Below, piece by piece: positions 54,692 to 64,000 of a stretch of 64,000 bases of DNA. The number at the start of each line of letters is the position of its first letter. Positions within the stretch are counted from its first letter, which is position 1. Under the pieces are notes generated by a model. That model was not told the origin of the DNA and searched no databases. It saw only the letters and a list, made by a program, of their open reading frames with translations. Where the stretch lies: assembly GCA_002811645.1 (NCBI GenBank), contig PDIP01000044.1, forward strand, positions 4,286 to 68,285, in the 5' to 3' direction. The stretch comes from Corallochytrium limacisporum Hawaii. Its lineage: Eukaryota; Protista; Pluriformea. Position numbers and translations under genes: made by a program.

Positions 54692-57600
54692 TGTGTTTCA
54701 TCCACTATAATTGATCCAACACTGTCGAAGACAGCAATATTCTGGCATTTCAACTACAAATGACTGGCAATATGTGAAACTTAATTAAGTACCATTTTCC
54801 TTCCAGGCCGGTGTGCCAACTGGCACTGCAAGGTAGCCACACCCGTTATATGGTTTCTCATATCCCCATGCCCGCCCTGCTCACCCCGCCGAGATCACAT
54901 CACCCACCCACGCAATACTCTCACTATTGTGTCACTATTCGAACAGCACCCTTATCGGGGCAAGAAGACACGTTCGCAAGCCCTCCTTGGCTACGACTGC
55001 AATGGCCATAGAATATTCATTTAGAATCAATGAGTTTGATTCCTAAATCTAAACAATTTAACGAAGGGGACAGGCCGACACAAGAGCATCATCCAAAGTT
55101 TGGTTACGTACGCATGATTGAGCATCGAAGTCTCCAGATAACCACATGCTTCATCTGTGGCCAAGAATCGAGTTTCTTGGTACAGTTACTATCGGCATGC
55201 AGAGGACCCTAATCAACACATGGTCTACTCGTAAGACCGGCAAAATCATTGGCATCGGTGAACACGACGTGTTTGCACATGTTATTTGCTATGGCGAATG
55301 GGCATCAAAGGACCGGCGCCGACGAGCTTGACAAAGTAAATTGTAGGGCGTAGCGGTCGGCTGCGAGTACAACTGAGGGGAGGTATATCTACTTATAGGT
55401 CAATACCGTCATGTCAACTCCCTTAATTGCATATCTGGACGGCCCGATTGAAGACCTCAAGCCACCAGATCGGAGTTTGGGTAGTTCTTGAAGACTGGTT
55501 TTACTTGCTGTTCGTGCATATTGCCCGCACTTGGAAGCGACATAAGCGGCGCAGGGTAGATTAATATTTATAATTGATTGTAACATAGTACGCAATGTTG
55601 TGTGACACCATATTGGCAAATCACAAAGGCATCGAATCTTGATTGTAATTTTAGCGGCTGGAGTTTCGGGGTTGCGATTTGCTTCTGTGATCAAGGCAGG
55701 GGACTTAACTTTAATCAATAACAATTGCCCATGGCACATTGTAGATTCAAGCTTGCGCGATTGGGGGGTGGCTTAGGGGCCCGTGCCCTCGGAAGTACGA
55801 GTGTTAGCGCCAGGACGTGGTGAAAAAATATCTCAATTGGGAAAGAGGGAGGGGTATACTGTTCGCCAAGACTGTTCAACCCCGCCCAACCACTATTATC
55901 AATGAGTCAGTAGTCCCTCTTTATTTCTCACAGTGCAAATGGCTGGTGGTCATAGGTATGAAAACGGGTAAGTGCATACCTTTGCGTGAGTGATTCGGTC
56001 TAGCGCCACACCGTTGGTACGGCTCAAGTTGAACAGTATCTCCCCTCTGGCCCGATTGGAGGTGTATGCTATATCCAGATGAATGAGTAAGTGAAGCATT
56101 AGGTTGAGGAGACTTAGAGATGCCACACGTGTTTCTACTTTTAGACCAGTGAGTTGCCGTGCCTTGACATGAGCACTATCCTCACAAAGTGGTCTCAACC
56201 AGCGACTACTGCCAACCTAGCGACAGTTCCGCGTGCTGAAGTCCACATCGGCCAATGGGTTAAGGGAACCGTCTCTGATGCTAGGCAAATCGGTCTACAA
56301 AGATGCCCGATCGCAGAATTGGGCCATGGAGGGTTGGAAAGCCACTGCGCGTGGTTATTCTGAAGGGGTTCACCGGGGTATGGAGTTGAACTGGATGGTG
56401 TTTGTGAGCTGTTTCGGCGGACATGCACGCACGTCTGGGGGCTGGTCTGAAAATGCACATAAAACTCTTTCGCTCTTTTTCACTTTGAAGAATTCCTTAA
56501 CCGCACCATAATCTCGACCCCCCGGGAGGACCCCCGGGGGGGGGGGGCGCGACTATGTCTAGCGCGATGAAGCAGGATCCGGTCCCGGATCGCTCTTGAT
56601 CTTGTCCTTGTTTTGTCAACAAACGACAGGTTAGGTTCAAGGCACGATACGCTCTGCAACGTGTCTGGGTCTTATTGACAAAGCGATACTTATGCGGGTG
56701 GGACTGTGAATCGCTCAGTAGTTGCACATTCACCGAAACCACAACTGCGATGTCGGTCCAGAAAGAGGAAACTTCCGGCAAACACCACTTATAGTAGAAC
56801 AGTTGGGGGCTGTTCTAGATCATGATAGAGCACAGCCGTGATTGGGTCCTTCTTGAACTGGGATGGTGTCGGTCGCTTACAATTTCATATCAGATGCAAT
56901 GTCGTTTGGTACAGATAGATCTAAACAAACATGACTTTGACAGATGCGGTTTCCAACCAGATGAGAGCGCAAGAGACTCTCGACAACGTCATAAGAATAC
57001 TACCCCTTGGATCAGGGTGTACCAGCGTTTGTCAAACCCGCAGAAGTATGATACAGGTCCAGCACCTTTTTACCGACCTGATGTATTCCTCTGTGTGCTG
57101 CTGTCGGGTGCCATATCAGACCTCGTGGTCTCCGAAGCACAGGCGAGAAGAACGAAGGTTTAGCATGATTGTTCCCCGTTCACTCGTAATATCTTAATAC
57201 GTAGGTAGGTTCATGACAGGTTGACACCTGGGGCCTCACATATTTCGATTTGAGAATCATCTGCTTTGCGTCTGAGTCCTTCAAGCGACAACATTTTCTG
57301 GAGATATTTTAGTAGTGTAAGAGGGGATTTCAACTTCGTTCTATAATCAAAAATACAGCAATCAAGTAGATCAAAATTCGAAACCAGCTCCGGCACCGGC
57401 CGCGATCTGTAGTAATTGAAAGTATGAAAAACTGCAATTAAATTTCCGGACATCCCATGTGTTCAATGAGACAGCGGTTCTCAATAACTGGCAACAGTAC
57501 CACCTTACACCGGTGACAGAAACCGAAGCCTTCATGCTGAAGTAGATGCAAGAGTGCAATCGAGCCAATGTTAGGGTTCTAGTCAGACGCTGTTTAGGAT

Positions 57601-58445
57601 CTATTGATCTCTATGGCTGTACCAGAGACATGGTAGGAGAGTTGGAGGATGAAATAGTTGAGAGTGACGCACGAAGAGTCGAGAGTGACGCGAGCAGCAC
57701 TGGGAGGATACGATGGGCCCTGTTGTGGTGAAGTTTGTAAGACGCAAAAATCCGCTTCTTCAAGGCCCTAGTTACACAACAAATTGAATCGCACTGGAAC
57801 CTTGTACCTATACACATTGTATAGGGTCCGCAATAGGTCATGACAGGCAGTTACTCTTAGGGTAGGCATCTCTGTTTATCGAAACAATTCCTACAATAAA
57901 TGGACGGGGTCCAATCGGAATTACCAAATGAACTCCAAAGAGACGACTGGAAGACCTGGTGGAGTAGAGTGAAAGAAGACTGAGAGTGCACCGCTCACAA
58001 ACCAAGAACATCTTTTGGACTCTCTCTATCTCGGTGCGAGAGAGATACAGCGATTGGCAGAATATTGGACTGTTTGCGTATGCATATGCTTATTAGGACC
58101 ACAGCAGTTTCCGATGTATATATAAAGACGTTGAGTTGGAGGAAACGAGGAGGAGAGGATACACATGTCTGATACTTCCGGCCGGTGTAGAAACACGAAA
58201 TTGTGCAGGCAGGATGCACGAGCCGAATGGGGAAGGGGAAAAGCTCCAAGGGATGGAAACCGCCGGCACTGACGACCTCCGCTGGCGCCTTCTTCCGAAG
58301 TCTATTCTGCAGTCTGTACGCATTTGTGCAAACTTCTCCAAGTAGGCACGCATTCTTTGGTTCTTCCTCGTTAACAAACTCCACCATGGAGAGATTCCAT
58401 TGAAAAGTCTGCTCAACTGGTGAAATTATCTTTGGGTTATCAAGG

Positions 58446-58453
58446 TATAAAAG
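58446..58453 (+). promoter_or_regulatory. Candidate TATA box (TATAAAAG) of the GH55 gene
   Basis: Perfect TATAWAWR about 120 bp upstream of the ATG at 58569. Confidence 0.5.
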
Positions 58454-58568
58454 GAGCCAGTGTTGCTGTAGCTATGCGAAAAGAATCCCAGTGAACATGA
58501 CCTTGAATACCAGATCTAAAGATCTTGAGTGCCTGCTCATACTTCCTACTCTATCTACTGGTTTGAAA

Positions 58569-60587
58569 ATGCCTGCCCTATCTGAAACATTTTCGCCCTC
58601 TAAGAGGTCCTTCTTTGCCTTGACAGCTCTGCTAGGCCTTGCAAGCCACAGTGTTGTGGCGCAAGATCCAGACCCTAACTCAGGCCCTGTCACAAACCCC
58701 GTTGTCTGCGATGTACAATTCACCGATGAAGCCTTTGGAGACGCCAACGTGTGTGTTTTCGACACCGGCATGAACAAGGATCAGATTCAGGAACAAATTA
58801 CTAACATCTACAACCAACAGCGTCTCAACCAATTCGGTGGGGAGCGTTATGTACTGGCTTTCAAGCCAAATAACGATGGCACCGTTGCCCAGTATGAGTT
58901 GGACATCAGAGTTGGCTATTATACTCAAGTTATTGGTTTGGGCCAGAGCCCGGACGAGGTTCAAATTGTCGGAGCCATTCGCACCCAGGATGCCCCACCC
59001 GAAGACCCTGAGCATCCTGATACTCAGCCTGGCGCTTTGGACAATTTCTGGCGAGCGGTTGAGAACATTAGCATTCTTCCTCGTCAGGGCTCGATTTGTT
59101 TCCCTGCAGCCACGGAGACGGATGGTGTGTATAATGGAGAAAACGTCTGGGCTGTATCTCAAGCCGCACCCCTAAGACGCATTCATGTTGCAAACAGTGA
59201 CGATGGTCCAGGGAATTTGCGCCTATTTGATATTGCCTTTTCCAGTGGTGGCTATATAGCCGACTCAGTGGTAGATGGCTACATTGAATCAGGCTCCCAG
59301 CAGCAGTTTTTCACTCGTAGCTGCTCTTTTTCGGAATGGAGAGACCCCAATTGGAACATGGTGTTCTTGGGGGTGGGAGAGCCGAATCTGAGCCCACCAA
59401 TGTTTCCTCAAAGTGATGCTTGGGATGACTTCCCATATACTAATGCAGGATCCTATACCTCAAGCTTTAGGCAAAAGCCTTTCCTGACATACAGTGACAG
59501 TGATAGCGCTTTTGAAGTCGTGGTGCCGCCGTTGCAAGCAGCATCAGACATTGGCACCTCCATTGATGCCATTCAACAGTCCTGGACACAAAACGACTCC
59601 ATTCACATGGCACTCAGTGACTTCTTCATTGCCAATCCAGAGGATGCTACTGAGGATATTCAAAGTGCCTTGGACAATGGCCAGAATATCTTGTTCCTTC
59701 CCGGAACGTTCCATCTGACAGCTGCCTTGCAGGTAACCCATGCAAACACTGTCTTGATTGGACTGGGTTTTGCCACCTTAGTGAACGATAACCAAACCCA
59801 AACCCTGGTCATTAGTGACGTGCCCGGTGTTCTTTTGGCTGGAATCCTCTTTGACGCTGGCCCTAACGGCACTCCTGCGGGCAAGTCACTCCTTCAGGTA
59901 GGAGCAGACAGTAACACTGGAGTATCCCATGAAGACAACCCAACTTTCTTGTATGATGTCTTCCTTCGCGTTGGTGGGCTTCAACAAGTCGGTAAGGCTG
60001 ACAGTGGCGTAACAATCAACAGCAATGATGTTTCGGGTGACAACTTTTGGATTTGGCGAGCTGATCACGCAGATCCTAATGCTGGCGACAACCTTACCGG
60101 GTGGACTATTAACACTGCCGACAATGGGGTCGTCGTAAATGGAGACAATGTCAAGTTTTATGGATTGGCCGTAGAGCATTTCCAAAAGAATCAAGTTCTG
60201 TGGAACGGTAACAATGGTGTCACTTACTTCTATCAATCGGAGATTCCATATGATGTGCCTGATCAATCGTCTTGGATGGACGGCTCCACAAATGGCTATG
60301 CGTCCTATAAGGTCGCTGATCAGGTCAGTGAGCATCAAGCCTGGGGCTTAGGAATTTACAGTTTCTTTAAAGACGCCCCTGGGTTCTCCTCAGACAACAC
60401 TTTCCTGGATAATGCCATTGAAGCTCCAAGCACCGGTGGTGTAACATTCACTCATATGGTGACCGTATGGCTTGATGGTTTTACCAACAGCGGGATCCAT
60501 CATATCATTAATGGTCAAGGTGACGAAGTTAATGGTGAAAATGATGGTGCCAATAAGTTGCAAGCCTTGGAGACTTTCTCTAACTAA
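58569..60587 (+). CDS. Secreted bacterial-type GH55 exo-beta-1,3-glucanase (laminarinase)
   Basis: Signal peptide. QFGGERY..FKP, VGYYTQVIGLGQSPD, NFWRAVEN, WAVSQAAPLRR, SSGGYIADS, GSQQQF, WIWRADH, VEHFQK, FYQSEIPYD and GYASYKV match the actinobacterial/firmicute GH55 pattern. Confidence 0.88.
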   Translation: MPALSETFSPSKRSFFALTALLGLASHSVVAQDPDPNSGPVTNPVVCDVQFTDEAFGDANVCVFDTGMNKDQIQEQITNIYNQQRLNQFGGERYVLAFKPNNDGTVAQYELDIRVGYYTQVIGLGQSPDEVQIVGAIRTQDAPPEDPEHPDTQPGALDNFWRAVENISILPRQGSICFPAATETDGVYNGENVWAVSQAAPLRRIHVANSDDGPGNLRLFDIAFSSGGYIADSVVDGYIESGSQQQFFTRSCSFSEWRDPNWNMVFLGVGEPNLSPPMFPQSDAWDDFPYTNAGSYTSSFRQKPFLTYSDSDSAFEVVVPPLQAASDIGTSIDAIQQSWTQNDSIHMALSDFFIANPEDATEDIQSALDNGQNILFLPGTFHLTAALQVTHANTVLIGLGFATLVNDNQTQTLVISDVPGVLLAGILFDAGPNGTPAGKSLLQVGADSNTGVSHEDNPTFLYDVFLRVGGLQQVGKADSGVTINSNDVSGDNFWIWRADHADPNAGDNLTGWTINTADNGVVVNGDNVKFYGLAVEHFQKNQVLWNGNNGVTYFYQSEIPYDVPDQSSWMDGSTNGYASYKVADQVSEHQAWGLGIYSFFKDAPGFSSDNTFLDNAIEAPSTGGVTFTHMVTVWLDGFTNSGIHHIINGQGDEVNGENDGANKLQALETFSN

Positions 60588-61933
60588 AGGTTACCGTACG
60601 ACAAATTCAACACCGTTTGTTTTGTCAATACTTTGTGATTAAAGTCAATAACTTAGGCCTGGTTTACTTTACCCTCATGAGCACGAAGTAACTGCAGTTC
60701 CGTATGGGAAAGTATCGCGGAGACCAATCACTGCCTAAACCCGTGTCCATTCAGACCCCCTGCGAAGGACATGGCTATGCACAGGAAGGTCTTTGTGATC
60801 GACGGATAGGTCGCGCGTGAACATATACTATGGGGAAACCGTTTCTAGTACTGGTACTCCTTTCTCCAGAACGATCCCCTTGCTAGTGCATTCGGAAATC
60901 CTCTATTTGGTTTTTGTGTGTAAATGAGACTGGGTGGGCCCGTGGGATCAGAGAAGTAGAGGTCCAGTTACACTGAGGCGGTATACCAACCAGTGAGAGA
61001 AAATCACCACGAGGATTGAGCTCCAATAATGTCCCGACCACTGCGGCAAATACGCAACTGCACACACAACTTTCGCCTGTAAAGAAATTCCACGAGGGCA
61101 GTTTGGTATCAAGATCTTCACCTGTCTCAGTCTTGCACAAGAACTCAATACCACTGCCAGAAAACACGAGTCACACCGTCAGGTCAAAGGAGTAATTTAG
61201 AGTTGTCAAAACAAACTTGCAACCAGAACCACCGTAATTGATTATTGTGGGCGTATTTATCGAGTGCTGTGGTAGAACTCTAAGCGGCAATTCCTGTACT
61301 GTGCGTGGCGGTTTATGGACCTACTTATTTGGGCCATGCACACTTTTGCAATGGATGTTGAACGAGAAGATCGGCCGATGGATTACGCTGAGAATGGTCC
61401 ACCCCGGCGATTTCGAAGTATCCACTCACTAGGCCCCATGCTAAGGGAAGAGTTTAACCCCCCCTCCCTAGCAAATGAAACCCGTAAAGTGGGAGTGCGC
61501 ACGCTCACTGTGCAAGAGCCAAGAGCGGCATTGGAACGGGTTTTGGAGAACTGGGCCCCGGGCTCCCAGGGGCGGGGGGTTAGTAGCAAAGGGGGAAAGG
61601 GATCAGCAAGGCGGGACCCAGATTTGGGCTCGTTTGCGGATTTTTCGGCTGTGCCCAGTGTGAATTCGGAAGAAAATGGCCTTGAATACAGTACCATTTC
61701 AAGAACTATTGCAAATTAGAGCCCTTTTTTGACTTTTTTTTGACTTTTTCATTGGAGAAAAGAGTCGAATAGAAAACGCTCCTGGGATGAGATTGCGAGG
61801 ACACGTATTTAAGTGCTGGAAAAGATGAGCCTGGCACCTCATCACACCTACTATCAAAGAGGCAACTCTTACATTTAGTCACACTAAATATCAATCTTAA
61901 AAAACAAGTTCAGCCACATGACAAACCGCAAAC

Positions 61934-63589
61934 ATGTCTGGTCTCAAACAGTTCTACCAGAACCGCAAGCAGCAGCTCCAAGAGTTTGCGAAAATCCCCG
62001 AGAAAGGCCCCCTTGATGTTCACGGCCTTGACGAGGATCGCTTCAAGTGGAAGACATTTGCAGCTTTCTTCGGCCCCGGTATGCTTGTATCCATTGCTTA
62101 CATTGACCCGGGTAACCTTCTTAGTGATATTATTGCCGGTGCGGCGTACAATTATTCCCTGCTGTGGGTTCTTGTCGTTGCTAGTGCCATGGCTCTGGTT
62201 TTGCAAATACTCGCTGCACGTCTTGGCGTCGTGTCCCGATTGAATCTCGCCGAAGGGAGCCGTATGGAGTACGGTAACCGTACCCCCACAACAATTGCAT
62301 TGTGGATATTGACAGAAATCGCGATTATTTGCGCAGATATTCCCGAGGTAATCGGATCGGCTTTTGCGTTGAAGATTCTATTCAAATTTCCACTATGGTT
62401 GGGCGTCGTACTGACTAGTCTTTCCACTATGTTGTTTTTGGTTCTACAGACCTTTGGAATCCGAAAGATTGAAACAGTTGTTGTTACCCTCATTGCCATC
62501 ATGGGCATCTGTTTCATTGTGGAAGCAGGCATGAGTCCAGTGGCATGGACCATTGATTCCGCTGACTGTCTTAGCGACGAAGAATGGTACAAGACTCTCG
62601 ATTGTCAAAAAGGTGACGATGACTGTCCCCGGAACTACTGTGGCACTATGTGGTCCGGTTTTATTCCAATTATTTACCCCGAGCAGCTCTTCATTGCCAT
62701 CTCCCTAGTGGGAGCTACAGTTCAACCCCACAATTTGTACTTGCACAGCGGTCTTATGCAAACCCGCAAAGTAGACAATAGGAATCACGTTGCAGTCAAG
62801 TGGGCTAATTTCTACTGTGCGTTCGAGTGCGCCTTTGGATTGGTCGTTGGTTTCATTATCAATACCGCTGTCATCATAGCCGCTGGTGCTGTGTTCTTCC
62901 CTTCCGACTATAACAACTATAGAATTGTCGCTGATGTATTAGATATCGGCTTCATCGATGCTGCCAGCATGCTCCGTGAGTCACTTGGTAAGGGGGCAAA
63001 ACTACTCTTTGCCATAGCTCTTCTTGCCAGCGGACAAAGTAGCACAATCACCGGTACGTATGCCGGTCAAATTGTTATGCAAGGTTTTCTTCAAATGAGG
63101 ATTGAGCCGTGGAAACGTAACATGATTACTCGCACTTGTTCACTCCTTCCCTCCTTGATCTTTACGATTGTTGCCGGAGATCGGGGCGCGAATGTTCTGA
63201 TTCTAATTTCTTCTATCATTCTTAGTTTCCAGCTCCCCTTCGCACTTGTGCCGCTGATGAAATTCACTTGTAACACGGACATTATGGGCAAGTTTGTGAA
63301 CACAAAGCCCTTAACCTATAGTGCTTTGTTCCTGAGTGTTCTTGTGGTTGCCGCCAACGTCTATCTCCTCACCAGCACCTTAATCGGTGTCAACGCAAGT
63401 ACCTCAGAGGAAATTGCCATCTGTGTAATTGCACTGATCCTCGCGCTTGTGTACTTTGGTGTTCTTGGCTACCTGATCTGGCGTCCGCTAAGTGGCAACG
63501 TCAAACCACTTACACTGCCTGGCTGTGATCTCGAGGAAAGCAACATGGAAGAGTTGACACACAGAGTGCAATTTCTGGCGAAGACATGA
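61934..63589 (+). CDS. NRAMP (SLC11) divalent metal transporter with atypical TM6
   Basis: IAYIDPGN, ADIPEVIG, GATVQPHNLYLHS, SGQSSTITGTYAGQIVMQGFL and LSFQLPFALVPL; about 12 TM segments. Confidence 0.96.
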   Translation: MSGLKQFYQNRKQQLQEFAKIPEKGPLDVHGLDEDRFKWKTFAAFFGPGMLVSIAYIDPGNLLSDIIAGAAYNYSLLWVLVVASAMALVLQILAARLGVVSRLNLAEGSRMEYGNRTPTTIALWILTEIAIICADIPEVIGSAFALKILFKFPLWLGVVLTSLSTMLFLVLQTFGIRKIETVVVTLIAIMGICFIVEAGMSPVAWTIDSADCLSDEEWYKTLDCQKGDDDCPRNYCGTMWSGFIPIIYPEQLFIAISLVGATVQPHNLYLHSGLMQTRKVDNRNHVAVKWANFYCAFECAFGLVVGFIINTAVIIAAGAVFFPSDYNNYRIVADVLDIGFIDAASMLRESLGKGAKLLFAIALLASGQSSTITGTYAGQIVMQGFLQMRIEPWKRNMITRTCSLLPSLIFTIVAGDRGANVLILISSIILSFQLPFALVPLMKFTCNTDIMGKFVNTKPLTYSALFLSVLVVAANVYLLTSTLIGVNASTSEEIAICVIALILALVYFGVLGYLIWRPLSGNVKPLTLPGCDLEESNMEELTHRVQFLAKT

Positions 63590-64000
63590 AGAGCGCGGGC
63601 ATTGAAAAGCCGCCAGATGTGACTGAACCGAGTGCAGTGGCCTCGCCATATGAATAGGATACAAGTTTAACAAAGCCATGAGCCTCAGTCACACCAGTGA
63701 CTATCAACTTTCTACTCCTTAGAATCGCAGGACGCAGACCTTAGACTCTTTGTCCAATGAACTCATATTCCATTGCTGCACTCTATGTGCACGGAAGTCA
63801 TTCCTAGCTATAAGCGCCCAGGTCGTTTGAACCCCTGGTAACCTTAGCTGCCACCCAACCCAACCAAAACCCAATTATGGTGGATATAACACAACTAGTT
63901 CCCCCATGAACCATCCCACTTGTTTCAACGTTGAAAGACATACTGTACCACTTGTGTATTTTGGACAGCACGATTCAGAGGGGGGGGGGGGGGGTTGGGG

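Noticed and set aside
58491-58568. N-terminal extension of GH55 from the ORF-track start
   Set aside because: The ORF-track start is a GTG close to the likely TSS. ATG 58569 puts the signal peptide near the N-terminus, although ATG 58497 cannot be fully excluded.
1-64000. tRNA, rRNA, snRNA genes and autonomous transposons
   Set aside because: I recognised no convincing cloverleaf/T-loop, rRNA or RT/transposase motifs by eye. tRNAscan-SE, Infernal and RepeatMasker would be needed to exclude them.

Overview
This is eukaryotic nuclear DNA that is gene-dense and almost intronless. I can support about 20 protein-coding genes and only one evident spliceosomal intron (PGGT1B, 28267-28414). In order the genes are: peroxisomal-type citrate synthase, a PQ-loop protein, a class IIa-like HDAC with a Tudor-knot domain, OST3/6, COX19, an INO80E/INO80D-like protein, IQCG/DRC9 (5' end broken), CHD1, a Set3/MLL5-like PHD-SET protein, COX17 (missed by the ORF track), PGGT1B, SGF29, ROGDI, a bacterial-like GST, a DCX-bHLH-ZIP-PAS protein, RPC2, translin, NOP9, type II NADH dehydrogenase, a bacterial-type GH55 glucanase and an NRAMP. 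Animal-like chromatin and flagellar genes occur together with NDH2 and a glyoxysomal-type citrate synthase, which suggests an intron-poor unicellular opisthokont/holozoan (inference; Corallochytrium-like is one candidate). Long intergenic stretches are rich in G/C/A/T homopolymers and microsatellites, contain three N gaps, and look error-prone. The best novelty candidates are: (1) a transcription factor with a doublecortin-like + group-B bHLH-ZIP + PAS architecture behind a 6.5 kb gene-free upstream region; (2) an NRAMP whose selectivity methionine is replaced by Gln; (3) a Tyr-retaining class IIa HDAC fused to a chromo-barrel; (4) an INO80E+INO80D-like fusion; (5) two probable bacterial gene transfers. 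I recognised no rRNA, tRNA, CRISPR array or transposon. All assignments come from motif recognition by eye, with no database searches.
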